Below are positions 18,189 through 28,117 of a stretch of 64,000 nt of DNA, one piece after another. The translations under genes were made by a program, and so were the position numbers. Source of the stretch: an uncultured Ignavibacteriales bacterium. Lineage in GTDB: Bacteria; Zixibacteria; MSB-5A5; GN15; FEB-12. The notes under the pieces are model-generated. The model saw only the letters and a list, made by a program, of their open reading frames with translations, did not search any database and was not told the origin of the DNA. Position 1 is the first letter of the stretch, and each line of letters begins with the position of its first letter. The DNA is taken from NCBI GenBank assembly GCA_964612145.1, contig CAZTBP010000013.1, positions 1 through 64,000 on the forward strand, given 5' to 3'.

Positions 18189-19712
18189 TCAGGGTCGCAG
18201 AACTTTCCGCGCAATCGTCCCGTCCGGCTCCTGTACAATCAAGGGCACGCGCCGGTCGCGGCTGAGCCGGGCCGTCGCCCGCTCAACCTCTTCGAGACTC
18301 TTCACGGTGTTATCGTCGATCTGGAGAATCACCGTTCCCCGGGAGATCGAAGAATTGTCCGCCGCCGAACCGGGAAACACCCGCCGGACATAAATACCCG
18401 GCACATGCTCACTCGACACCGCCGCCGCAATCTCCGGCGTAAATGTCAACAGTTCCATCCCCATCCAGCGGTAAACATCAAAATCATCGCCGGAGCCATC
18501 GGTTACCCCGGGCTGCTCCACCGACGCAAGAAAACTATCTTTGTCACCAATTCTGACGTTAATCATCATCTGCTCCCCATTCCGGCTGAGGAGAACCGGT
18601 ACCTGCTTGCCCCGACGAACCGTTGAAACCAGCACCGAAAGCTGACTGGCATTGTCAACAGCCACGCCGTTGAACGTCAAAATCACATCACCACGCTTGA
18701 TACCGGCCTTCTCCGCCGGCGAGTTCAAAAACACCGAATCGATCATGACGCCGCGCACCGCATCCAGCCCCTGGCGCTTGGCTTCCCGTTCGGTCACGTT
18801 GTTCAACCAGACACCGAGCCAGCCGCGCTGCGGCTTGCCCAGTTCGATAAGATCCGGTACAATCGCCCGTGCCAGGTTGATCGGGATCGCAAAACCAATC
18901 CCCACCGAGGCCCCCGTCGGCGACGATATCGCCGAATTCACACCGATCACCTCGCCGCGCAGATTCAACAGCGGCCCACCGGAATTACCGGGATTGATCG
19001 AGGCATCCGTCTGGATATAATACTGATAGCCGGGCGTCTCCCGGCCAAAATTTAACTGGCTCCGCCCTACCGCACTGATAACGCCCACCGTTACCGTCCG
19101 ATCAAGCCCCTGCTGCGGAAACGGGTTGCCAATGGCAATCGACCAGTTCCCTACCTTGAGATTATCCGAATCACCAAACGGAATCACCGTAACGTCGTGC
19201 TCCGGATCAACCTTCAACACCGCCAGATCAGTCTCGGGATCCGCCCCGACCAGCCGCGCTTCATATTCAAATCCGTTGGCCGTACGCACCGTCATCTCCA
19301 GCGCGCCGTCAACCACGTGGTTATTTGTCAGGATATAACCGTCCTCACGGAAAAAGAAACCGCTGCCCGATGAAGTCGCGGTACCGGACCGCTGATGCCA
19401 CCACGGCAAATCATCCTCGCGCGACCGTGCTGAGATATTAACAACCGCATTGGTTACCTTCTCAACCACCGCAACAAACGGCGACTCCATCTCACCATCC
19501 CGCTCAACCAGCGGGTACTGCATGAAATACGCCCGGTCTACCGCCCGATCCGGCGACGACTGTGCCGCAGTCGTGCCGGGGGAAACATCAAGTCCGGCTG
19601 ATATGAAAACGCCGACAGCCACGCACAGAACCGCGCCAAACGCGATCGCATACGGTGTTAGCCCCCGATTTTTGGTCTTTTCTGGGGAACGAGAGTTCCT
19701 AGTCAATGCCAA
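18189..19712 (-). CDS. htrA: HtrA/DegP-family periplasmic serine protease with two PDZ domains
   Basis: Catalytic Ser motif GNSGGPLLNLRGEVIGVNSAI. His and Asp regions are upstream. Two PDZ-like segments are present. An N-terminal TM or signal anchor is present. Confidence 0.9.
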   Translation of the reverse strand: MALTRNSRSPEKTKNRGLTPYAIAFGAVLCVAVGVFISAGLDVSPGTTAAQSSPDRAVDRAYFMQYPLVERDGEMESPFVAVVEKVTNAVVNISARSREDDLPWWHQRSGTATSSGSGFFFREDGYILTNNHVVDGALEMTVRTANGFEYEARLVGADPETDLAVLKVDPEHDVTVIPFGDSDNLKVGNWSIAIGNPFPQQGLDRTVTVGVISAVGRSQLNFGRETPGYQYYIQTDASINPGNSGGPLLNLRGEVIGVNSAISSPTGASVGIGFAIPINLARAIVPDLIELGKPQRGWLGVWLNNVTEREAKRQGLDAVRGVMIDSVFLNSPAEKAGIKRGDVILTFNGVAVDNASQLSVLVSTVRRGKQVPVLLSRNGEQMMINVRIGDKDSFLASVEQPGVTDGSGDDFDVYRWMGMELLTFTPEIAAAVSSEHVPGIYVRRVFPGSAADNSSISRGTVILQIDDNTVKSLEEVERATARLSRDRRVPLIVQEPDGTIARKVLRP

Positions 19713-20010
19713 ACCTTTCTCTACTCACAGAGCCTTGTAGTATACGAAACCTGGTGTACGGTGTCAAGGTTCAAAATAAGTTTTTCTCCCTTCCCGTTTT
19801 TCCTTCCCACTGTTATAACGTCTGAACGTTGGATTTGATTCAAGAAAGTTCCGGCTATTTGCCTATCCGACATAGAATTCCGGGCCGCCAGGTCTCCCTG
19901 ACCATCCGCCGCAGACTCCAGCGGCCAAACCACCACCGTTACCAGACGGTACGCAGGCCGCGGGCTAAGTTATTGACATCAGAGCAAAAAGCTCCTACCT
20001 TTTCTCCACC

Positions 20011-20685
20011 ATGAACTCACCCGAACAGGCAAGCCGGGCGCTCGTCGAAATTGGCCGCCTCCTCTACCAGCGAGGCATGGTGGCCGGTACCGACGGCAAC
20101 CTGTCCGTGCGACTTACCGACGGACGCATTGTCATGAGTCCGTCGGGCCTCCCAAAAGGCCGCCTTCGGCCAGACGATATGGTCATTATCGACATAGACG
20201 GCAAACACTTAGCAGGCAACCACCGGGCCTCGACCGAAGGCGCCATGCACCGCCACGTCTATGCCAAACGACCCGAAATCAACGCCTGCGTACACTCCCA
20301 CGCCACCCACGCCACCGCCTTTGCCGCCGCCGGCATCGAATTGCCCGAAGACGTTCTCCCGGAGGTCGTGGTCTTCGTCGGCCGCATCCCCCTGACCGAC
20401 TACGCCCCGCCCGGCACCAAAGCCGTCCCGGCCTCAATCGACCCGTTTCTCGGCGATTGCGACGCCTTCCTCCTGCGTAACCATGGCCTGCTGACCATCG
20501 GCCGCGACCTCGATCAGGCCTTCCATCGCCACGAAACCGTCGAACACTACGCCCGGATCCTCACCCTCACCAACCAGCTCGGCCAAACGGCACGAATCCC
20601 GGGCAACGATTTCACGCGCCTGAGCCAAATGCGCGAAAACCTGCGTCAGGCCCGCACCGGCAACGAACCACAGGCGGAGGACTAA
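20011..20685 (+). CDS. Class II aldolase/adducin-family protein (L-fuculose-phosphate aldolase / MtnB-like)
   Basis: Motifs GTDGNLSVRL, HRHVYAKRPEINACVHSHATHATAFAAAG and RNHGLLTIGRDLDQAF. Confidence 0.75.
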   Translation: MNSPEQASRALVEIGRLLYQRGMVAGTDGNLSVRLTDGRIVMSPSGLPKGRLRPDDMVIIDIDGKHLAGNHRASTEGAMHRHVYAKRPEINACVHSHATHATAFAAAGIELPEDVLPEVVVFVGRIPLTDYAPPGTKAVPASIDPFLGDCDAFLLRNHGLLTIGRDLDQAFHRHETVEHYARILTLTNQLGQTARIPGNDFTRLSQMRENLRQARTGNEPQAED

Positions 20686-20687
20686 CC

Positions 20688-21869
20688 ATGGCCTCCAAGA
20701 AAGTTATCATAGAAAAAGCCGACCGGCTCTACCAGCTGCCGCCCGAACCGACCAAATTCCTTCCCGAACACCGCCGCCGGTCTCTTATCCGCAAAATGGA
20801 AGTCCTCGATCTCGCCGGCTTTGACTGGCCCGTGCCGTTTGAGGCCAGCCACTCGCTCAAACCCACCGATCTGGCTCCCGCATCGAGTGAGTCGATCGCC
20901 GCACTCAAAGAGGAACTGGCCAACTGGTACCACCAGCACCTGCATGTCAAACTCCTCCCGGAAAAAGAAATATTCATCGGCCACAGCACCACCAACCTGC
21001 TGTACAGCCTTGCTCTGGCTTTTGTTGATCACGGTGACATCGTGTTTGTCCCCGAAGTCGGTATCCCCCTCTATCGGCGCGTCACTGTCGCCTGCGGGGC
21101 CGAACCGGTGGCCTACAGCGTGACCGGCAAAGACGGCTGGATGCCCGACTTCGAACGTGTCAACACCCGCCTCGGCCGCGTCGCCAAGATCCTGTTCCTC
21201 AATTCGCCCCACAACCCCACCGGTGCCGAACTGGGTGAAAAAGACATGACCAGCCTCGCCTTCCAGGCCGGCCGGGACAACATTATCGTCGTCAACGACG
21301 CCGCCTATATGACCGTCTCTGGCCGCAAACCGGTCTCCCTGCTCGCCGCCACCGGCGGCAAGAAAATCGGTGTCGAAGTCGGCAGCTTTTCTTACCTCTT
21401 TGGCTTGCCCCGGCTCCCCATCGGCTTTGTCGTCGGCAACCGGGACATCATCAACGGCCTTAAACAGGCCGCCCGATTGACCCCGATGACCGTCAACGAA
21501 TACCTAACCCGTCGCGCCATCAGCGCCGTCCAGCGCTTCCCCAACGAGAACCTGAAAGGTGCCCGCACCCACATCGCCTCCTCCCGGGCCGAAGCGGTCA
21601 AACTGCTCGACCTGCTCGAACTCGAACCTACCGGCTACGACACCGTTCCCTTCGTCTGGGGCCGCATCGAACGACGCCGAGGCTCCGCCTTCGCTGCCGG
21701 ACAAATGTTCCGCAGCGGGCGCATCATGGCCATTCCCGGCGTCGCCTTTGGTGAAAGCGGCGAAGGATTCCTGCGCTTCAGCCTGACCGCCGCCCCTGAT
21801 ACATATACTAAAGCGCTCGAGCGCGTCCGAAAGAAACCACGTCTCTTCAAACTGGTCAAAGAACGATGA
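20688..21869 (+). CDS. PLP-dependent aminotransferase, class I/II fold
   Basis: Motifs LNSPHNPTGAELGEKDM and IVVNDAAYMTV. The Lys region is SFSYLFGLP... Length 393 aa. Confidence 0.7.
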   Translation: MASKKVIIEKADRLYQLPPEPTKFLPEHRRRSLIRKMEVLDLAGFDWPVPFEASHSLKPTDLAPASSESIAALKEELANWYHQHLHVKLLPEKEIFIGHSTTNLLYSLALAFVDHGDIVFVPEVGIPLYRRVTVACGAEPVAYSVTGKDGWMPDFERVNTRLGRVAKILFLNSPHNPTGAELGEKDMTSLAFQAGRDNIIVVNDAAYMTVSGRKPVSLLAATGGKKIGVEVGSFSYLFGLPRLPIGFVVGNRDIINGLKQAARLTPMTVNEYLTRRAISAVQRFPNENLKGARTHIASSRAEAVKLLDLLELEPTGYDTVPFVWGRIERRRGSAFAAGQMFRSGRIMAIPGVAFGESGEGFLRFSLTAAPDTYTKALERVRKKPRLFKLVKER

Positions 21870-22264
21870 AAGACGTTATCCGAATCGGCGGCATGTCGTT
21901 CTACGGTTATCACGGCGTCTCCGAAGCCGAACGCGAAACCGGCCGCCTCTACGAGGTTGACTGCGAAGTCGAGGTCGACTTCGCCGACGCCGGACATTCC
22001 GACGACCTCTCAGATACCGTCGACTACGAAGCTGTCTACAACGTCGTCAAGGACATCGTCGAGGGCCGCTCCTTTGCCCTCCTTGAACGCCTGGCCACCG
22101 ACCTCGCCATCAAAGTCCTTGACACCTTTCCCGTTTATCGGGTAACTTTGAAGGTGCGGAAAATGACGCCCCCGATAGCCGGCCACATCAAATTTATCGA
22201 AGTTGAGATAACCCGCTATCAGGCCGATGTCTCCAAACTCATCGATAACGAAAACCGCGACTGA
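21866..22264 (+). CDS. folB: Dihydroneopterin aldolase
   Basis: Sequence IRIGGMSFYGYHGVSEAERETGRLYEVDCEVEVDF. 132 aa. The start overlaps the upstream stop by 4 nt. Confidence 0.8.
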   Translation: MKDVIRIGGMSFYGYHGVSEAERETGRLYEVDCEVEVDFADAGHSDDLSDTVDYEAVYNVVKDIVEGRSFALLERLATDLAIKVLDTFPVYRVTLKVRKMTPPIAGHIKFIEVEITRYQADVSKLIDNENRD

Positions 22265-22275
22265 CAAGGACCACT

Positions 22276-22794
22276 ATGAACGACGATAGAACCACCGTTT
22301 ACATTCTCCTCGGAGCCAACCTCGGCGACCGCGAACGAAACCTCGCTTTCGCCCTCGGTAAACTCGAACTCATTCCCGGCCTGGACATCACCGCCACTTC
22401 CGGCATCTACGCCTCCGAGGCCAAAGGCATGGACACGGACAGCCCTCCGTTTTTCAACCAGGTCATCCGCGGCGAATATACCTACCGACCCAATGAATTG
22501 CTCAGCGAACTGGAGTCCATCGAAAAAGTCCTCGGCCGCGTCGGTAAAGGCAAAATGCAGCCCCGCCCGATCGACCTCGATATCCTCCTCTTCGGCGACG
22601 AGATCATCGAAACCGACCGGCTGTCAATCCCCCACCGCGAACTGCTCAACCGACCGTTCGCCATGGTACCGCTGCTCCACATCGATCCCGAGATCGAGCA
22701 CCCGGTCACCAAACGACCCGTGAGCGAATTCCTGACCGACAAGGACCGTGAAACCGTAGTGCTGTACAAAGACCATGTCCCGAGAAATATCTGA
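22276..22794 (+). CDS. folK: 2-amino-4-hydroxy-6-hydroxymethyldihydropteridine pyrophosphokinase
   Basis: Motifs VYILLGANLGDRERNL, RPIDLDILLFGD and RPFAMVPLLHIDP. It lies immediately downstream of folB. Confidence 0.85.
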   Translation: MNDDRTTVYILLGANLGDRERNLAFALGKLELIPGLDITATSGIYASEAKGMDTDSPPFFNQVIRGEYTYRPNELLSELESIEKVLGRVGKGKMQPRPIDLDILLFGDEIIETDRLSIPHRELLNRPFAMVPLLHIDPEIEHPVTKRPVSEFLTDKDRETVVLYKDHVPRNI

Positions 22795-23437
22795 GCCCAA
22801 CTATATCGCCGTCGAAGGCGTCATCGGCGTCGGCAAAACATCCTTTGCCACTATGCTCGCCGACCGCCTCGAAGCCGACATCATCTACGAGGAGGTGTTC
22901 AACAACCCCTTCCTTGTCGATTTCTACAAGAACCGTAAGCGCTACGCGTTCTCATGCCAGATGTTTTTCCTCATGTCCCGCTTCCAGCAGCAGCAGCAAC
23001 TCATCACCCACGACCTCTTCTCAAAACGCATCGTTTCCGATTACCTTTTCGCCAAAGACTCCATCTTCGCTTCTATTAATCTCTCCGACCGTGAACTGGC
23101 CCTGTACAACAAAATCGCACCGGTCCTTGCACGCGATGTTCCCAAACCGGACCTCGTTATGTACCTCCAGGCCTCGACGCCGAAACTCCTCCAACGCATC
23201 AAGATCCGCAACTACTCCTTCGAAAAATCTATCGACGTCGAATACATTGAGGTCCTCAACAAAGCCTACGACTATTTCTTTTTTAACTATATCGAAACAC
23301 CGCTGCTGGTCGTAAAAACCGACAACATCGACTTCGTCAACAACCCGGAACATTTCGACGATCTCATCGACCAGCTGCGCAAACCGATCTCCGGCAAAAA
23401 ATATTACTCCCCTTCAGGCGAAATCTCTCGTATCTGA
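22775..23437 (+). CDS. Deoxynucleoside kinase (dGK/dAK family)
   Basis: P-loop YIAVEGVIGVGKTSF plus the downstream DRxxxxxxFAK-like region. It overlaps the folK 3' end by 20 nt. Confidence 0.75.
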   Translation: MSREISEPNYIAVEGVIGVGKTSFATMLADRLEADIIYEEVFNNPFLVDFYKNRKRYAFSCQMFFLMSRFQQQQQLITHDLFSKRIVSDYLFAKDSIFASINLSDRELALYNKIAPVLARDVPKPDLVMYLQASTPKLLQRIKIRNYSFEKSIDVEYIEVLNKAYDYFFFNYIETPLLVVKTDNIDFVNNPEHFDDLIDQLRKPISGKKYYSPSGEISRI

Positions 23438-23447
23438 ATCGAATACT

Positions 23448-24278
23448 ATGTCAAAAGTCTCGCAGAACAAAAAGAACACCATCCGCACCTTCATAAACAA
23501 GAAAGCCAAAGGCGAGAAAATCACCGTCCTGACCGCCTACGACGCTTTCACCGCCTCGCTGCTTGACGCCGCCGGTATCGACGCTGTCCTTGTCGGTGAC
23601 TCCGTCTCCAACGTCATCCACGGCTACGACTCCACTATTCCGATCACCATGGACCTCATGATTGCTCACACCGCCGCTGTCGTTCGCGGCACTCAAACCG
23701 CGCTGGTCATCGGCGACATGCCATTTATGTCCTTCCAGCCCTCCGAGGAAACCGCCATCAAGAACGCCGGACGATTCCTCAAGGAAGGCGGCGCTGAGGC
23801 CGTCAAAGTCGAAGGCGGCCTTGAAATCGCTCCGCTGGTCGCCCGCCTGATCCAGCTCGGCATCCCCGTCATGGGCCACATCGGCCTCACCCCGCAATCG
23901 ATCCATCGCTTCGGCGGGCCGAAAGTCCAGGGACGCCAGGAACGCGGCCGACAATACCTCATTGAATCCGCCCAGGCCCTCGAACAGGCCGGCTGCTTCG
24001 CGATAGTACTCGAACTGGTCCAAGCCGACACCGCCAAAGAAATCACTGAATCATTGCAAACCGCCGCAACCATAGGCATCGGCGCCGGCCCGCACTGCGA
24101 CGGCCAGGTACTCGTCATCAACGACATGCTCGGCCTCCACGAGGAAGGCTTCAAACCAAAATTCCTCCGCGAATATGCCGACCTGAAAAGCATTGTCTCC
24201 GACGCCGTCAAACGATATATTGAAGATGTCCGCTCGGGTGACTTCCCGAACGAAGACGAGTCTTTTGGTCCCAAGTAG
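23448..24278 (+). CDS. panB: 3-methyl-2-oxobutanoate hydroxymethyltransferase
   Basis: Motifs ITVLTAYDAFTASLLDAAGIDAVLVGDSVSNVIHGYDSTIPITMDLMIAHTAAV and GHIGLTPQ. Confidence 0.9.
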   Translation: MSKVSQNKKNTIRTFINKKAKGEKITVLTAYDAFTASLLDAAGIDAVLVGDSVSNVIHGYDSTIPITMDLMIAHTAAVVRGTQTALVIGDMPFMSFQPSEETAIKNAGRFLKEGGAEAVKVEGGLEIAPLVARLIQLGIPVMGHIGLTPQSIHRFGGPKVQGRQERGRQYLIESAQALEQAGCFAIVLELVQADTAKEITESLQTAATIGIGAGPHCDGQVLVINDMLGLHEEGFKPKFLREYADLKSIVSDAVKRYIEDVRSGDFPNEDESFGPK

Positions 24279-24475
24279 CATACCAGCCGCCCCCCTCACT
24301 CTCCCCGACAAAAGGGCCCTTCAAGAGTTTGCATCATACGGCATGCCTTCTATATAAGATACGCTAGGTATCCATATATGACCGGAATAACGACCACGCG
24401 GGAAATGTCTCTGCGTCGCTGACGGGGCAACCATTTGGACGATGAGGGTCAATGAACCTGTATAATGTGCAGCAC

Positions 24476-24500
24476 AAAAAAAGGCCTGCCGGTAAACCGG
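24476..24500 (-). terminator. Weak candidate intrinsic terminator after the encapsulin gene
   Basis: Minus strand reads CCGGtttaCCGGcaggcc followed by TTTTTTTT. Confidence 0.3.
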
Positions 24501-24538
24501 AAAACCGCTATGCCTATCGAAAGTCCTCAACCGAAGCA

Positions 24539-25342
24539 CTATTTCCCGGTCTGAATCGGTATGATCGCCAGACCGTCGAGAACCTGGAACGTGAATGATT
24601 CAGTAAAATACAGCCGGACCTTGTCCGCATCGGCAGAATTGAACCCGATCGACATGTCAACCCCCAACGTCAGCTTCATGTCTCCGCCCCTCACCGATAC
24701 CAGCATCGATTCTTCCAGCGATGGATTCAAAATGATCGAACTGTCAAGCAGGCGCTCCAGGTGCCGCGTCAGCGGATAGCCGCCGTTGTGGGCCGCAACA
24801 TCACGCCACAACTTGCTCCCGGCTATCAAGCGATACGGTCCCTCGACACCCGCTTTCATAAACTCGGTGATCCCGTCAGATACGGCATTGAGCAGCTTGT
24901 TCGCGTCACCAGATACCTTGATCGGCTTGTGGTCCGCACTGTCTTTCAGGCCGGTGATGTTGCCGTCCGCCAGCCCCTGGTAAATCGCCTTCTCCTCAAA
25001 CAAGGCTATCTTCCGTGCCGCTTCCTCCAGCGGCCCAAGATCGATATCCTCGGCTCCCCGGGCGGCATTATCCAGTTCCCAGACATCGAGATCAAACAAC
25101 ACCCGCGCCTCGACCAGCGGCTGCACGGTCCGAATACCGTAATCCACATCGCTCTTCGACTTGCCCTTGGCAACATCCAGCCGCCCCAGCGGCACTGCCG
25201 AAAAATCCCAGCCCTTGGGACCATCGACATCGACAAACTTCCGCGCCGAAAGACTCGCCGAAAGAATCTGTGTCGCCACCTCATTGATCTCGTCCCATGC
25301 TTCGGCGCCGATCGGCGCCAGCTTCTGTTTCAGTATATCCAT
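24539..25342 (-). CDS. Family 1 encapsulin nanocompartment shell protein (linocin M18-like)
   Basis: N-terminus MDILKQKLAPIGAEAWDEINEVATQILSASLSARKFVDVDGPKGWDFSAVPLGRL parallels T. maritima encapsulin ([20 protein letters not shown]...[21 protein letters not shown]). 267 aa. Confidence 0.85.
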   Translation of the reverse strand: MDILKQKLAPIGAEAWDEINEVATQILSASLSARKFVDVDGPKGWDFSAVPLGRLDVAKGKSKSDVDYGIRTVQPLVEARVLFDLDVWELDNAARGAEDIDLGPLEEAARKIALFEEKAIYQGLADGNITGLKDSADHKPIKVSGDANKLLNAVSDGITEFMKAGVEGPYRLIAGSKLWRDVAAHNGGYPLTRHLERLLDSSIILNPSLEESMLVSVRGGDMKLTLGVDMSIGFNSADADKVRLYFTESFTFQVLDGLAIIPIQTGK

Positions 25343-25392
25343 GGAGTGACCTCCTGACAGTCTTGTATTAACACCAAACGGAATTGGCGGCC

Positions 25393-25731
25393 TTACTTCT
25401 TCTGCCCGCCTATCCCCAGATCGGACACTCCTTCATCGTCATCGCCATGATCCTCATGTCCGATTTTACCCTCCTTGAACAGATTCTCTTTCAATTCATT
25501 ATCCCACCCAGGCATATTACGACGCAACCACTCCAGCGTCATACAGGCATGCTCGATCTCTTCATCACGATTGTGTTCGAGAATCGCTTTGAGCTGCTCA
25601 TCCTGTGTCACGGCGATTCGCTGCTGGTACCAGTCCACAGCCTCGATCTCCTCTTTCAGGCTGTTCAGCGCGCGCACGTAGTCACGGTCCTTCTGGCTCA
25701 GTTGCTCGGGCGGTTCATGATAGTCATTCAT
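25393..25731 (-). CDS. Encapsulated ferritin-like cargo protein (EncFtn) with a C-terminal cargo-loading peptide
   Basis: Ferritin-like E...EExH pattern (EEIEAVDWY, RDEEIEHACMTLEW). The C-terminal tail DDEGVSDLGIGGQKK resembles the encapsulin targeting peptide. The gene is immediately upstream of the shell gene on the same strand. Confidence 0.75.
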   Translation of the reverse strand: MNDYHEPPEQLSQKDRDYVRALNSLKEEIEAVDWYQQRIAVTQDEQLKAILEHNRDEEIEHACMTLEWLRRNMPGWDNELKENLFKEGKIGHEDHGDDDEGVSDLGIGGQKK

Positions 25732-25996
25732 CGTGTCGTCCCCTTCATATCAGGTCTTCCGACCATCGGTGGTAGTTCATTCGATTGGTCCGGCTGCAGT
25801 TATCAGTTGGATACTTCACCAATCCTGCAACAGCGGCTGGACCTGTTATATTTTTTGGAGATGCTTGGCAAGAGATGTATACCATTGTCCATGTATACTA
25901 ACGATCTGTGGAAGATCGCACAAGCGATTTTGACCGCCGGTACATCTGACAACGTGCCGGTACACCATTCTGTTCCGGGGCAATACGCTGTATGGA

Positions 25997-28000
25997 CTAG
26001 TTTCGAGCCGCCTGACGAAGACTGTCAGCCGCCGCCTGCGGATAACCCCGCCCAACCGCCCGTTGAAGATACTGCTCACCCGAGACCCGGTCCCCTGCCC
26101 CGAAAGAGTGCCGCGCCAGCTCCACCAGCACCGGCACAGGCGGTTCCGACTTGGAAGCTCCCTCACGAAGCGCCGCCATCCGCGCCGACGAATCGTTGCG
26201 CCGCGACGCGGTCTCGGCCAGCCCGGCCCAGAACTGCCACTCCGTCGGATCAATCGATATTGCTTTTCGAAGCATCTCTTCAGCCCCGTCAATATCCCCC
26301 TCCGCCAACCGCAGCCACGCGAGATTGTTCATAACAGCCGGACTGTACGGATTTACACCCTGCGCAACTGTAAGATACCACCGGGCGCTGTCCAATTGTC
26401 CCTGCTGCAGGTAGATATTTCCTATATTGGAATACGCCGAACCAAATAACGGATTGATATCAAGCACCCGCTCAAAGGTCGCCTTGGCCTCCCGCATCCG
26501 TCCCTGCCGGAGCATATCCAGACCGAGACGGGTCAGGTCATGCTCCCGATGAACATTCGACCACTCAAATATCTCCTGTTGCCGAATGGCCGGATCGGAG
26601 TGCTTTTCATGATATGCCGACACCAGCGCCAGGGTGTTTGACCCGCGCGCCGGATCCCAGGCAACATACTGTTCCAACTGCGCAAACTGCCGTTCCTCGG
26701 AATTGATCAACACTACCCTGGGCGCAATGAAGAACAGGTTGATTGCAACCGCCAGCACGATTACGCCGCCGGCCACACGCCGTGACCGCCACCGCAGCGC
26801 AACATAAACCGCCAGCAGCCCTGGCCCTACCGATGCAAACGAAAAAAGATCCCAGTCACGCGGCATTCCTATGCGCGCATCAAACAGAAATGCCGCCGCC
26901 AGTCCGCATACCGATAACACCAGAAGAAAACGCGCCCCGAAGTCTTTCCATACCTCCCGCGTCCCGCCAAAAAGAACCGTAACCATCAACACCAACCCGC
27001 CCGGTACCAGCATGACCACCAGATTGATCACGTCGGCAATATGCCGCAACGAAAACATCGTGTAGCCATCGACAACAAACCGACTCCCCGCCAACGGCAC
27101 CAGCGCCAGCCGAAGAAACACCGACTGCGAATACCAGTACCAGAGAATCCCCACCGCCCCAGCCAAACCCACGACCGCGAGTCCGACTCTGACCGACAGT
27201 GATAACCGTCCTGATAGTCGCCCGAGTTTCGACCGCGCAATCAGCAGATACACGACCGCCGGCAAAAAGACAACTCCCAGCACATGCAGCAACGGCGCCG
27301 CGACAGCCGGTATCACAATCCACCAGCGCGAGATTTTCCCGCTCGCCGCCACCGCCCCCACCAGTCCCAGAATCGCCAGCGATGTCACAAACAGAGAGTA
27401 ATACTCAACATACCCGAAATACAGCATCACCCAGCCCATACTGCTCAACAGCAGCACCGCCCCCACCTGACGCCCCCGATCCTCAAACAACCGAACCGAT
27501 CCCCACCATACGGCCGCGATATACACAATTCCGGATACAATCGACAGCACTCGAAAACTCGCCAGCGCCGCCGCCTCGGTCGGCCCGCCCAAAAGATCCC
27601 TCGCCCACACGTGAGACAAAGACTCCCCGATTTCACGCGACTTGATAATAGGCGTCTCGCTCGCCAGCGAACTCAGAACCGTGTAGCCATCTCCCAAAAA
27701 ATGCGCCTCTGCCCGAAAGCAATAAAACAGTCCCGCCATCACCAGCCCGTGCACCACTACCAACCCTGCCGTCGATGTCCGACTCAACGCATCAACTGTT
27801 GGCCCTCGACCTATCCACACCAGCACCCCAGTTACGACCGTCACCGCCAACAGGACATACATCCATACCGAATCAACAAAGGCGTAATTCGACAACCCCC
27901 ACCAGTACTTTCCTGGCGCAAACCCAGCTGCCACCAGGCCCAGCACAAGCACCCAGTACGTTACAAATCCGGATAGCCAGCGACCGTTCGACTCATTCAT
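25997..28000 (-). CDS. Membrane protein with an N-terminal polytopic domain (about 12 TM) and C-terminal TPR repeats
   Basis: Hydrophobic N-terminal 440 aa. TPR-like segments AYSNIGNIYLQQGQLDSARWYLTVAQGVNPYSPAVMNNLAWLRLAEGDIDGAEEMLRKAISIDP. Confidence 0.6.
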   Translation of the reverse strand: MNESNGRWLSGFVTYWVLVLGLVAAGFAPGKYWWGLSNYAFVDSVWMYVLLAVTVVTGVLVWIGRGPTVDALSRTSTAGLVVVHGLVMAGLFYCFRAEAHFLGDGYTVLSSLASETPIIKSREIGESLSHVWARDLLGGPTEAAALASFRVLSIVSGIVYIAAVWWGSVRLFEDRGRQVGAVLLLSSMGWVMLYFGYVEYYSLFVTSLAILGLVGAVAASGKISRWWIVIPAVAAPLLHVLGVVFLPAVVYLLIARSKLGRLSGRLSLSVRVGLAVVGLAGAVGILWYWYSQSVFLRLALVPLAGSRFVVDGYTMFSLRHIADVINLVVMLVPGGLVLMVTVLFGGTREVWKDFGARFLLVLSVCGLAAAFLFDARIGMPRDWDLFSFASVGPGLLAVYVALRWRSRRVAGGVIVLAVAINLFFIAPRVVLINSEERQFAQLEQYVAWDPARGSNTLALVSAYHEKHSDPAIRQQEIFEWSNVHREHDLTRLGLDMLRQGRMREAKATFERVLDINPLFGSAYSNIGNIYLQQGQLDSARWYLTVAQGVNPYSPAVMNNLAWLRLAEGDIDGAEEMLRKAISIDPTEWQFWAGLAETASRRNDSSARMAALREGASKSEPPVPVLVELARHSFGAGDRVSGEQYLQRAVGRGYPQAAADSLRQAARN

Positions 28001-28117
28001 TGCGAAGATCCGCTCCTGTACTGCAAGCGATTATTCGTCCTTTTAGATGAAACAGTATATCCGGTGTGACTCGCGTGAGCAACCGTTTAGCAAGACTTCC
28101 AATGAGAAGAAAAGGTC

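Noticed and set aside
23451-24311. Opposite-strand ORFs overlapping panB (23451..24023, 23693..24274, 24051..24311 minus)
   Set aside because: The panB frame has strong conserved motifs. The antisense ORFs are typical high-GC shadow ORFs with no motifs.
24279-24538. 260-bp intergenic region checked for a tRNA or ncRNA
   Set aside because: There is no cloverleaf-compatible structure. Only a weak hairpin plus T-run, consistent with a terminator.
25006-26449. Several Arg/Pro-rich ORFs on both strands (25015..25287, 25384..26334, 25846..26292, 26063..26449)
   Set aside because: These are antisense or out-of-frame shadows of the encapsulin, EncFtn and TPR-membrane genes. Their composition is biased and they have no motifs.
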